Of a stretch of 64,000 nucleotides of DNA, positions 1 through 12,692 are shown piece after piece (within the stretch, counting starts at the first letter, position 1; each line of letters opens with the position of its first letter). A program made the position numbers and the translations under genes. The DNA is taken from the NCBI GenBank assembly GCA_964016885.1, contig OZ024753.1:18228001-18292000 (forward strand). Direction: 5' to 3'. The notes beneath the pieces were generated by a model, which was not told the origin of the DNA, did not search any database, and saw nothing but the letters and a program-made list of their open reading frames with translations. The DNA comes from Eledone cirrhosa. Lineage: Eukaryota.

Positions 1-33
1 AAACATTAACTCAATATTAAGATAGTAGAATGA

Positions 34-534
34 CCTGGTACCTCCAAAAAAACACTTATTAGCAAGACATACCCTTTCCAAAGACCCTCATGTATAGATA
101 AGAAATGTATAACCTGTAAAATAAGCCCCCATATTAACTGTAAAACTAGAAATGTAGTGTATAGCATAAGATGTACTGAAGGACAATGTAGAGACAAAAA
201 TATAGTGTACATAGGTGAGACAGCTCGTAGTGTAGGGGAACGGATAAATGAACACTGGCGAGACCTTCAAGATAGTAAAGAATCATCTGTACTCTACCAA
301 CATGCTAAAATAGAACACAAGGGTAAATTAGAGAACATAGAAATAAAAATAGAATCTACACACAGAAAAGACGCAATGTTTAGACAAATTACAGAGGCAA
401 TAAACAAAAAAGAATTACAACCAAAATTATATAGGAAATATGAGTGGAACAGCAACATCACAACTTACAATTTAGGACAAAATGAAAACACACACACACA
501 TAGAACAAACAACCAACCAGTAACATGTAAATAA
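34..534 (+). pseudogene. PLE GIY-YIG endonuclease with Cys-rich linker (Neptune-like)
   Basis: Frame 1 reads PSCIDKKCITCK..NCKTRNVVYSIRC..C..YIGETARSVGERINEH..H..H..RQITEA..LQPKL; in-frame stops upstream at 7-9 and 31-33. Confidence 0.85.
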
Positions 535-675
535 ACAAATAAATAAATGAACATAAACACATACAGACACCCGGATGTGGCGCATGCGCAGACTGAGCAC
601 ACAACACACACACAGAAACAAAATGGCGTAGGACAGAACAAAGGAGAGGCACAGAAACAAAGAAAGGAATCCCCA

Positions 676-718
676 GTCACTGAAGAGGTCACAGAGTGTG
701 TGACGAAAGAACTATGAC
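676..718 (+). ncRNA. Minimal type I hammerhead ribozyme motif
   Basis: gtca-CTGAAGA-g-gtcaca/tgtgac-GAAA-gaac-TA-tgac; helix I covaries with the copy at 20818 (ggca/tgcc). Confidence 0.75.
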
Positions 719-2118
719 AATATATAAACTATCTGGTTGTGGAACCAACCAACCAACCAGAAATTTATAAATTTATAAATTTATTATAAATTTATTATAA
801 TAATAAATTGAAGTGAAAGCAACTGGTGCGTGTGTTTCTTATTGGCAACATGACCCTCCCAAAGTATAACAATATCGGTTTCAACACACGATTTCAGATA
901 AATAATCTTGCTAAACAAATTCAGAAACGAAATATATATATATTGGTAAACGGAAAAGAAAATGCTGACAAATTGTTCCCAGTGTAAAATAGTTTAATTA
1001 GGAATAAGTAAAAATTAGTAATAGTATTGTTTAGTATTCAGTTTTGGTCTTAATTTTTACCGGTTACGCATTTCTAAGGCTTTTCCAAAATAATTTTGAG
1101 ATAGAGCGCCCGTGATGTTTGCTCTAATCTGATTAGTTTTGGAAATTCTACCTGTTTTATGTTAAAAAGTGGCTCCAGATGTATTAAAATAAGTTTCGCG
1201 CCAATTCGTGTTGCAAAAATTCTTGTGGTCAAAACAGTTTTGATTGGTCGGTAGAGGGTATGTGAATGTTAAAAATTTATTTGGCGCCAAATGTAGGTTT
1301 GTGTCGGCTGATTGAGAAGTCACTGAAAAATAAGTCTTTCAAAACAAATATGTGTGTGTGTGTAGTAGTAGTAAAGAGGTTCGTTGTTGTGATAATGGTC
1401 AGCAGGGATATGTGTGCGACCGCAGCCTGTTGACAGTTCAAATGCCTATTAAGACAAGTGTGTGTGTGTGTGTGTGTGTAGCAGGGTAATTCGTGGTAGA
1501 GGGATGGTCAGTAGGAATGTGTCTGTACGTGTATGGGGGATATATTAACATGTTAACAGATATTTTTTCATCTTGTGTCTTATACAGAGAAGTGCGTGTG
1601 TGTGTGTGTGTGTATGTATTTTTGTATGTTAATATACACGTGTGTATGTGTTTGTGTATATGTGTGTGTGTGTGTGTGGGTGGACCAATATTTTTGTGAT
1701 ACTGGTAAAAATGGTGTACATTATTTGATATTTTCAGTAAAAACGATTCTCTCAATAGAACATCAAAATCCTTAATATTAAAAGGTGTGAAATGATATAT
1801 AGTATTGGCATAATACCAAGGTGTGTGTAGGTGTCCAGATTGTACGTACTGCAAGGGGAATCCATTAGGCCTTGCCGTATTGGAATACTTGTGTACAAAT
1901 ATGTATGTGCCCATCAGTGTGCAATGCATGTGTGCGTTTATGCATGTGTGTGTGTCGGCACGTTTATATCTATAGACATCAAAATGTATGCAAATTTGTG
2001 TATATTTGTGTTGCACCATAGAACATGTGTGTTTACGTATGTCATTGTGTTTATATGTGGATAGAGATGTATGCTGATGTACGTATGTATGTTGACGTGT
2101 GTATGTTGTGGATTTGTT

Positions 2119-3131
2119 TTAGGGAGAAGTGTTTAGACGGGGTCCGTATTTGTTAATAAAGTGAGATGCCTTGCTGATGCGCTGGGTGTGGGTGGCATTA
2201 TCTTTAAATTTGTAGAAGGGAAAGATTCTGAAGCTGGGATGATTTAGGGCGGCACTGGTATCAATGTGTTCATTCAGTGGTATTTTCCTGTATTCCTGTA
2301 TTTTAATTTGGGATCTATGGACAGTCATGCGTTGGCGGGGGCTGTTTTTGGTCTGGCCTATGTATTGTTCTCGACAACCTGAGCAAGTTAATACATATAT
2401 TAGATTTTCTGATGCGCATGTGAAATTGTGTTTTACTATAAAACGTTGTCCTTCTTTGAAATAGAATTCCGAACCCTCTATTAGGTTGATGCATATGCCA
2501 CAGTTGGGTCTATCGCATTTTTTTTACTGTGGGTTTCGTTGTTGTGGTTGGAAGTATTTTGGCATGTGTTACGATGTTTTTCATTGACTTAGATTGTATT
2601 TTTCTCTTTATGATATCGTGTGTTCGTAGGATTTGGTTCATTCTATGGTCCTTTTTCAACACAGGGATGTTCTGGAGGATGGTGTCAAAGGCCTCATTGT
2701 TGAGGGGGTTGTGTGTGGAGATGTATGGAAGAGCTTTTAGTTTCGGTTGATTTACTTTAGGGTGTCTAAGGTCCTGGGTACTGAGTTTTAGGGCACGTTG
2801 GATTCCATTGTCAATTAGTGATGCAGGGTAGTCCCTGCCTATGAGTGTGTCCTTTAGTTCTTGTAACCGTAAGTAGCAGGTATTTTTATTGGAGACTATA
2901 GTACAGATTCTCTTGGCTAAGTTCTAGGGAATATTAATTTTAATGTGTCTAGGGTGGCAAGAGTTGAAAGGAAGATATTGCTTGGAGTCTGTGGGCTTGT
3001 AGTATATGTCTGTTTCTATTTTTTTGTTATGGATGTTAATGAGGATGTCGAGGAAGGGGAGTTGTTGATGGCTGTATTCCATCGTGAAGTTAATATTCGT
3101 GTTGAGCCCATTTATAAGGGTGTAAAATTCT
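2119..3131 (-). pseudogene. 5'-truncated PLE (Neptune-like): RT C-terminus/thumb, Cys linker and GIY-YIG
   Basis: [48 protein letters not shown]...CDRPNCGIC..FTC.SENLIYVLTCSGCREQYIGQT..RMTVHRSQI..P.LN; one stop at 2924 and at least one frameshift; 5' end abuts (TA)n. Confidence 0.9.
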
Positions 3132-3132
3132 T

Positions 3133-3164
<32 letters not shown>

Positions 3165-3173
3165 TATATATAT

Positions 3174-3236
<63 letters not shown>

Positions 3237-3253
3237 CGTATATATATATATAA

Positions 3254-3298
<45 letters not shown>

Positions 3299-3327
3299 TA
3301 TACACACACACACATATATATATATAA

Positions 3328-3372
<45 letters not shown>

Positions 3373-3389
3373 TACACACACACACACAC

Positions 3390-3477
<88 letters not shown>
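3132..3477. repeat. (TA)n/(CA)n compound microsatellite
   Basis: Direct reading. Confidence 0.95.
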
Positions 3478-3484
<7 letters not shown>

Positions 3485-3700
3485 ATACTTTGGGAGGGTC
3501 ATGTTGCCAATAAGAAACACACGCACCAGACGATTTCACTCCAATTTATTATAAATTTTATTTATAATAAATTGGAGTGAAAGCGACTGGTGCGTGTGTT
3601 TCTTATTGGCAACATGACCCTCCCAAAGCATAACAATAACGGTTTCAACACACGTTTTCAGAAAAAAGGATCTTGCTAAATAAATTCAGAAACGAAATAT
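3478..3700. repeat. Fold-back of the PLE terminal sequence seen at 805-935
   Basis: 3478-3556 is the reverse complement of 3562-3637; the right arm continues to the element end gaaacgaaatatata. Confidence 0.9.
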
Positions 3701-4388
3701 ATATAGTATTGTTTACCACTTATAATTGTGAATAATGAGGACTTGTGAATTTCATGCTATTCTATGCGACGTATAATTCGTTCTACTCAATATCTCATGA
3801 CCACACAATAGAACGTCAAAGCTGGAGAAGAGTGTTATCGTAACTTTTTCCATTCCTGACAGACATCTTCAGAATTTTACACAAACTGTCTTGCAGTGTT
3901 TATTTACAACTCTCCACACTTGATATTAGTTAAATATTAGTTTTTGACATCAGCACTGAAAATCGATACAAAAACATTTTGTTCAGTTTGTAGCGTTTGA
4001 AAAACGTATATATAGCAACAACATGTTTTAAATATCTATATCTAGAGAAAGCTTAAGCAGATAAAAAGAGAAACCCGTATAATGCATGTGCAATATGGAT
4101 CCATCAGAAATATAATACCCTCCATATATTTGTATAACTAGTAAACCTCCTTCAGGGATGTGTAACTTCGGAATATCTTTTATTGCCGAATAGAATGCTT
4201 TGTGGTATTTATTCGGGATATGTGGATGTGAGATCAGAAAAAGTAAGGAGTTTAAATTACACAAGAGCCTGCTTTAATTTTATAATTACAAGTTCGATAA
4301 AAATGATACCTGTTACGTTAAGCGGTTTAACATTAACTATATTTCGTTCTCTCCCCATCACTCTTTCTTTCCCCCTCCCCATCTCTCT

Positions 4389-4461
4389 ATGTATATATAT
4401 ATATAATATATATGTATAAATATATATAATATATATATATGTATATATATACATATATATA

Positions 4462-4528
<67 letters not shown>

Positions 4529-4835
4529 ATATATATATATATAATATATATATATATATGTATATATAATATATATATATATAATATATATATATATATT
4601 ATATATATTATATATATTATATATATATTATATATAGACATATAAATATATGTTACATATATATATATGTATATATATATGTATATATATATATATTATA
4701 TATATATACATATATACATATATATATATACATATATATATATATATTATATATATACATATATATATATATTATATATATATATATATATTATATATAT
4801 ACATATATATATATATTATATATATACATATATAC

Positions 4836-4885
<50 letters not shown>

Positions 4886-4969
4886 TACATATACGCATAT
4901 AAATATATATATTATATATATATATATATATACATATGTATATATATATATATATGTATACATATATAT
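4389..4969. repeat. Long degenerate (TA)n microsatellite
   Basis: Direct reading. Confidence 0.95.
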
Positions 4970-5682
4970 GTAGTAGAATAATCGAGTATCGAAAAATCGG
5001 CGCACGAGTTCACGATAAACAAAATTCGAGATGAGCAGCAGAGGGCTCTATAATTGAAATAAATCAGAGCTATAACTATCGTTAAAATACCGTCACACGT
5101 AGAATATGTCTACAATCAACCAAATAACCGAAAAGTTCGATATGGAAGATTCGGAACACTCAGATAAATTATCAATAAATCAATAAATGAAATAAATGTA
5201 AAAAGCATACCCGGACCCACTAGAGAGATGGAATATCTAGCTTCTTGGGTTTCTGTAAATCCTTAAACCGTCATCTATCAGCTCACATAAAAATATAAGA
5301 CTTACAGACAAACGGGGGACTGGAGTTACTTCATCACCGAGCTTTGTCCGAATGGATGAAAAGACAAGACCCAGGCTAAAAATACGCACATGGATTTCAG
5401 CAAGGGAGATAACCTTCATATCCGCAAAAATATTCGGAAAAATGTGGCAAAAACACATATCAATAAGAGTGCTCAATAGACATGTTCAAATAAACAGGGG
5501 CTATTCATCATTTAATAGAATCGACAAAAAATGAACAATAAAATTAACTGGCCAATAGCTAAGTCTAGAGCTAAATATAGTAGAATAATCGAGTATCGAA
5601 AAATCGCCGCACGAGTTCACGATAAACAAAATTCGAGATGAGCGGCAGAGGGCTCTATAATTCAAATAAATCAGAGCTATAT
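4970..5682. mobile_element. Non-coding ~600 bp interspersed element with ~105 bp direct terminal redundancy, in (TA)n
   Basis: 4970-5073 is approximately 5579-5682; blocks shared with 7950-8596 and 47245-47826. Confidence 0.7.
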
Positions 5683-5687
5683 ACATA

Positions 5688-5764
<77 letters not shown>

Positions 5765-5768
<4 letters not shown>

Positions 5769-6191
5769 TGGTTGTAGGGGCTCTCACAGGAGCACTGAGT
5801 GCAATGTCAACTCTGGATGTTGGTGAGCATGTCCAGCTAACCTCAGTCTCCTCTGTGTCACTTGCGAGCTGACTTTTGGGAGGCTACCATACAGCTCTGA
5901 GTTTTTCATCGTCAGTGTATACTGATTAATGTTCACAACCATCCTCAGCATTCTCGTTTATCCCCCATCCAACATCTGAATGAGTTTATTGGTCAATGTC
6001 CAAGTCTCAGACCCGTACAACACCACATACTCCACTACAGCAATGAAGAGGCGTATTTACAGGTTAACATATGTTGATGCCCTAAGGACAGACACCGGCC
6101 TGTTGGAGACGCAGGACATGGCAGCGATAATGAGGGAGAGGGACCGCTGGAGAGAACTCGTCCATGGATCTCGGGAATTTTACCCGCCCTA

Positions 6192-6192
<1 letters not shown>
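5765..6192. mobile_element. LINE (RTE/RTE-X-like) 3' fragment with 5' inversion
   Basis: Minus strand 6058 to 5765: IRLFIAVVE.VVLYGSETWTLT..LDG..RMLR..LYG.LP..RRLRLAGH..LL*EP; plus strand 6059-6192: RLTYVDALRTDTGL..MRERDRWRELV. Confidence 0.85.
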
Positions 6193-6259
<67 letters not shown>

Positions 6260-6330
6260 CATATGTGTATATACATATATATATATATATATGAGGGTGT
6301 TAAAGTTTGCTTGAAGCATTGTGAAATATG

Positions 6331-7702
6331 TAAAATATGTAGTTTAGAAAGCCACAACAATGCAGATGGGAAATCTCGAGGTGGGAAGTGAGTGAGAAAT
6401 AGGAGAAAAGTGGAAAATGAGACAAAAAGGAAAACAAAACAAAGGTAGAAGGGTTACCGTAGTGGAGATTTAATCCCAATATTTCGGGCTCACGCCCATC
6501 AACGGGGGGAAAGTTCCAAAAGGGGGGGAACAGGCTAAGCCGGAGAAAGTTGTTGTATTGTCGTTAAAACATAGGAATGCCGTTATGGGGAAAATTCAAA
6601 CGAGGGAAAGAATGCGCGTGTGCATGATAGGCTGTGGCAAAAGCTACTGACCAATTGGGTTAAATCAATAGGGTGCGCTAGCGCGTGAAAGCCGTAAAAT
6701 GTGTGTGTAAATATATATATATCTTCGCTCCGAAGATGCCTCTCCACCAAACCCGACGAGTCAGATGGGAGGTGTTCCCTCAGCAACTGCCCGATACGGG
6801 GGGCAGATTGCCTACGCACCTATGTCGTATATAAGATTCAATGCGATAAATGTAACAAGTTTTACATAGGTAGCACCATCCGACCCCTACATGTTCGTAT
6901 CAAGGAACATGTCAACACCAACGCATCTTCCTTCCGTAAACACATCCTTAAATGCGGAAACACACAGGGCAGACCCTTGGTCACAGTCCTATCGACTGAA
7001 CGCAGCATCGGATCCTTAAGCATAAAGGAAGCACTTGTTATTAAGAACCTCAGACCCCCACTTAACAACCGGGCTGAGAGAAATGAACTGGCATGGCTAA
7101 TCTAACCATAGTGACCAGTAACAGCCCCTACGGCCTACTATCTTTCACACACAAGCACTTATATGTATACCCATACACATACACACACACGCACACATGT
7201 TTATACAACCTACCACCTTTCACACCCTTTGAATTCCAGCTTTTACGGCCCACTATCTTTCACACAGACACACTCACATACATACACACATACACATATA
7301 CACACACAGTTACACACACATATATATTTACACACACATATTTTACGGCTTTCACGCGCTAGCGCACCCTATTGATTTAACCCAATTAGTCAGTAACTTT
7401 TGCCACAGCCTATCATGCGCACTCGCATTCTTTCCCTCGTTTGAATTTTCCATAATAACGGCATTCCTATGTTTTAACGACAATACAACAACTTTCTCCG
7501 ACTTAGCCTGTTCCCCCCCTTTTGGAACTTTCCCCCCGTTGATGGGCGTGAGCCGGAAATATTGGGATTAAATCTCCACTACGGTAACCCTTCTACCTTT
7601 GTTTTGTTTTCCTTTTTGTCTCATTTTCCACTTTTCTCCTATTTCTCACTCACTTCCTACCTCGAGATTTCCCATCAGCATTGTTGTGGCTTTCTAAACT
7701 AC

Positions 7703-7710
<8 letters not shown>
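6331..7710 (+). mobile_element. Truncated PLE: GIY-YIG end flanked by ~390 bp inverted repeats
   Basis: 6331-6718 is a near-identical reverse complement of 7323-7710; (TA)n on both sides. Confidence 0.9.
6722..7105 (+). pseudogene. PLE GIY-YIG endonuclease C-terminal fragment (uninterrupted)
   Basis: CSLSNCPIRGADC..VVYKIQCDKCNKFYIGSTIRPLHVRIKEH..H..C..IKEALVIKNLRPPLNNRAE. Confidence 0.9.
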
Positions 7711-7735
<25 letters not shown>

Positions 7736-7764
7736 CTATATCTATATATATAAAAGATATACAC

Positions 7765-7838
<74 letters not shown>

Positions 7839-7871
7839 TATATATATAAAAAAATATTTAAAAAACCTCAC

Positions 7872-7949
<78 letters not shown>

Positions 7950-7953
<4 letters not shown>

Positions 7954-8593
7954 TACTGAGAATCGTATTTCGGCTTAGGAATTAACGAAAGACAACTTAC
8001 GAGATGTGTGGCAAGCGCTCAATGATTCAGATGAACCTGAGCTACAACATACGTTAAAGGCCAAACACACTAAGACGATGGTTAAACAATCATCCGCACA
8101 GCGATAAAAATGACCAAGTAATTCGGGTCAAACAAATAAAAATATATGTGATTGAAAATTTACCCGGACGCCTGGATGGTTGGTAAAATCCAGCATTTGG
8201 GTTTCTGCGACTCATAAATTAAGTACTGTCCGCTTACACAAATAATGTTAGGCTTCTGGTAAGATGATTGAACAAGAAAGCCCCTTTTTCAACAGGTTTT
8301 AGTTCGAGTGCTAATTTAAGGAATGACCGTTTTCTGACCCCACGTGGGGATCGGTAAGGGAGGCAACCCTTATTTTAGGCGGATGAATTCAGTATGCGTA
8401 TATTATTGCAAGAATGCAAAAGATCACAATACGAATTAAGCTCTCAACAGAATGGTTATAAGTTAACATAAGCTATTCATCATTCAATAGAATCAACTAA
8501 AACAATCAAGAAAATTAACTGGTCAATAGCTAGACTCTGAAGATTAATACAAATATAAATTAGCCAGCATCGTATTTCGGCTTAGGAATTAAC

Positions 8594-8596
<3 letters not shown>
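7950..8596. mobile_element. Non-coding element with ~38 bp direct terminal redundancy, in (TA)n (family of 4970 and 47245)
   Basis: atcgtatttcggcttaggaattaacga at both ends; collinear similarity to 47245-47826. Confidence 0.75.
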
Positions 8597-8630
<34 letters not shown>

Positions 8631-8634
8631 TATA

Positions 8635-8685
<51 letters not shown>

Positions 8686-8718
8686 TATATATATTTTATA
8701 TATATATATGTACATATA

Positions 8719-8800
<82 letters not shown>

Positions 8801-9294
8801 CAATAACAGAGATAGTTTAAAGCTAAACTCTGACTGGTAACCATCTCACTCAACAAACATTAGGTTATATTGAAATATAAACCCAATTTAAGTGTTTGGG
8901 GTGCTAACAATATGTATAATGTGGAAAAACCAGTTGTATTATTTTATGAGATATAATTAAAGTTAAAGTATATCTCTCTTTCCAAACAATTGTTTCATTA
9001 TAAGTTTTCTACAAGTTTGGGAGAATGTTTCCAGTTTATGTAGAAGCCTAATATATATTCATGTAAGAGTATATTTAGGTGGGCACTTATAAATCATCAG
9101 TGGAAGCCCATTAAACATTGATATAAGAAAACAATTTCTTACCGCTGTCAAAAATCATGTCCGTAAAGTCGCTCTCTCAACTCGAATGACCGCCAAATTT
9201 GAAAGTCCAGCAGTTTTTGACTGAGGAAGTATCATAGCGACACGAAGCGGGAAGGGGAGACAACCCACGATCCACGAAATGAGGAAAAAAAAAT

Positions 9295-9686
9295 AATATA
9301 CACGCGGGTTAATTAGTTTTTTTGAAAACATTATCAATCCAACGTGTTTAAGAACTCAATTGAAAATAAAAAAATAAATATATGCTTGTATAAATTACAC
9401 ACGCATATAGATATTTTCTTAGGCTAAATCAGAAGTTGTACCCGAATAAGAACCGCTTCTCATAACCGCAGTAAATGCAGAAAGTTATGTTATATAGGGC
9501 AAATGGGAATATAATTCTCCGGCCAAATTATTAAGAGTAAAATATAAAACACACGCGGGTTAATTAGTTATTTCAAAACCAATATTAATTCCTCGTGTAA
9601 AGAACTCAATTAATAAAAGAAAATAATTACATATATGCATGTAATTATATACGTAGGCATATATATATATATTTTCCTAGGCTAAA
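9295..9686. repeat. Local direct duplication (~135 bp x2)
   Basis: acacgcgggttaattagtt...aagaactcaatt...taggctaaa at ~9300 and ~9551. Confidence 0.75.
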
Positions 9687-9923
9687 AAACATATGTATAT
9701 GTATATTTATATATATATTTATATTTATATATTTATATATATATATATATATTTCATATGTTTATTTATATGTCAATCAATTTCTAGTGGATATAAAATG
9801 CTCGGATCTATTCATTAGAATCTTGGACCATATTTTACGGGTGATAGGCGCATGACACCCTTAATTTAATTTAATTTAATTTAATTTATCTTAATTTTGG
9901 ATATATATATATATATATATGAC

Positions 9924-9957
<34 letters not shown>

Positions 9958-9983
9958 TATATATATAAATATATATATGTACA

Positions 9984-10074
<91 letters not shown>

Positions 10075-10104
10075 TAATATATATATATAAATTACAGAAT
10101 AATC

Positions 10105-10920
10105 AAAACTATGTTCAAAACTTTTTATTGCTGACAATCGTTTCTTCCAAACTTTCATTTGGTTTCATCGGACGACTAGCAAAGTTTAGACATATAATTA
10201 ACCTCCTATTCCACAGAACAACCGGAAAGATACGTAGATGTTAGTGTCGTCATTAACAGTGTCTTATTTAAAAAGTGAGGATGATGTGGTCAGTATGGGT
10301 GGATCTGACAAAGATTATAACATTAAATTGTTAGACAGATCACCCCAGAACAACTCGAACCCTTGATAAGAATGTAATAGGAGCAATATACAATCCACAG
10401 TTAAAGCTATTAATAAACATTTACTAAAATATAACCAATGTAACTATAAACTTAATAGAAACTGCTTTTCATACCCAAGCCTCTCAGTCTGCTTAATATG
10501 CTTTTATACCTGTATTGTATTATGAGATACCTTTGCCATACTATGATACATATGCTTAGTACCATCGATTGTTTCTGACCTGGTTATTCTGTACATTCCT
10601 AACACATCTGCACTCTTTCTAGAGGCTTGCATATGTACTGCTAATGTCCTTGTTTTGAGATTAACTTTCTTCTTTAATTCCTCTATAATTGTTGTATTAT
10701 TCTTGTATAATCTTTGTCGCATCCACTGATACGGACCACATCATCCTCACTTTAAACATGACACTGTTAATGACAACACTAACATCTATGTATCTTTACG
10801 ATTGTTCTGTTGAATAAGAGGTTAATTATATGTCTAAACTTTACTAGCGCTCCGATGGATCCAAACGAATGTTTGGAAGAAACGATTTTCAACCAGAAAA
10901 TGTTTTGAACATAGTTTTTA
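10105..10920. mobile_element. Diverged fold-back element, arms ~10105-10295 and ~10735-10920, each with a decayed HHR
   Basis: Arms are reverse-complementary; consensus gct-CCGATGA-tccaaac/gtttgga-GAAA-cgattg-TC-agc. Confidence 0.65.
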
Positions 10921-11012
10921 CATTGAGCTTTTTTTTTACAGGAAATAAGGTGGTAATAAATTACTGACCTTTCCTGTTTATAATTATATATAGTGTATAT
11001 ATAAGTATAAAT

Positions 11013-11200
11013 AATTGTTTCTACTTTAGGCACAATGCCAGCAATTAACCAGTGCATTACTGGTAATTTATTTTATCGACACTGTAAAGATGAAAGGCAG
11101 AGTCAACCACGGCGGGATTTGAACTCAGATTTTAAAGGGACGTAACTATGGTGGAAAGCATGGCGTCTGACCCTCTACAGATATTGCCAATCCACTGCCT
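11013..11200 (-). mobile_element. tRNA-derived SINE (family A)
   Basis: A-box TGGCA..ATC.GTAG, B-box GAGTTCAAATCC, core gcctttcatc..gtcgataaaataaa..ccag; flanking duplication tatataagtataaataat. Confidence 0.9.
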
Positions 11201-11339
11201 TTATATAAGTATAAATAATAATAATAAATATATATATATATAATATAACTTAGAGTTTACACTCAATGGGGTCATTTACAATCATTTCAGCTCTAAGAAT
11301 CGCTTCTGAGCAGAATAAATTAATATTTGATGAACATTT

Positions 11340-11590
11340 ACATGTTTTAGTTGCAATTGACTAATAAAATCGTTAGAATGAAATATCTTAATTCAACTAC
11401 ATAAAGTTTGCCTGTACGATCTAAAAAATAATAAATCAATACTCACTAACTCATATGGGCAAAAAGTCTTTTTGCCCATATGAGTTAGTGAGTATTGATT
11501 TATTATTTTTTAGATCGTACAGGCAAACTTTATGTAGTTGAATTAAGATATTTCATTCTAAAGATTTTATTAGTCAATTGCAATTAAAAC

Positions 11591-11594
<4 letters not shown>
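11340..11594. repeat. Near-perfect palindrome, ~127 bp arms, 1-nt loop at 11467
   Basis: ...catatgggcaaaaag-t-ctttttgcccatatg...; right end abuts (TA)n. Confidence 0.95.
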
Positions 11595-11648
<54 letters not shown>

Positions 11649-11651
<3 letters not shown>

Positions 11652-11870
11652 GGGAGTGTAATGTGCAGTCACTGTAGGTTCAACCAGGTGAGCACACGAT
11701 ATTTACGTTCACGTCACCATCGAGGTGTAGAGCTAGACAGGGGTCCGGCGAGCTTTTGAATCCAGAGTCGGGCTAGATCGATACGGATCGAACCTTGAGC
11801 TGATCAGTAGCGTAACGGGCATCACCAACCAATAAACGTAATGAAGGCCTTACCATTCGTCCTTGTATTA
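11649..11870 (+). mobile_element. Short HHR-bearing element (family of 57439-57707), decayed HHR at 11741-11826
   Basis: Collinear with 57439-57707; gggt-CCGGCGA-gct...agc-GTAA-cgggca-TC-acc; flanked by microsatellite. Confidence 0.75.
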
Positions 11871-11895
11871 CACAAACACACACACACACACAAAC

Positions 11896-12330
<435 letters not shown>

Positions 12331-12416
12331 TATTTATACTCCTGTCCTACAAACTGTAGAGTGCTACTTATCCGATATTTGCATTGCTTTATTGTGCTAT
12401 AATATAACTCACCTCC

Positions 12417-12494
<78 letters not shown>

Positions 12495-12692
12495 CGGAGA
12501 GAGGGAGAGAGGGTAGGATAGAGAGATACATATATATATATATATATATATACACGCACACACACACACACACACACACTCAAATATATATATATATATA
12601 TATATTTCTGATTTTTGCGTTTCGCTTCGCTTTTCCTGCCCATCGAAAATGCGATTCTCGCTGAATCTTTATTTGTATATATATATATATGT

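Larger units (their letters stand above)
1..935 (+). mobile_element. 3' portion of a Penelope-like retroelement (GIY-YIG end, HHR, terminal repeat) ending in (TA)n
   Basis: GIY-YIG coding remnant, HHR at 676-718, and a terminal ~130 bp also present at 3570-3700, 20920-21035 and (minus strand) 36945-37070. Confidence 0.85.

Noticed and set aside
31-33. In-frame TGA upstream of the GIY-YIG as selenocysteine
   Set aside because: Not at a conserved Cys position; another stop (TAA) lies nearby, so simple decay is likelier
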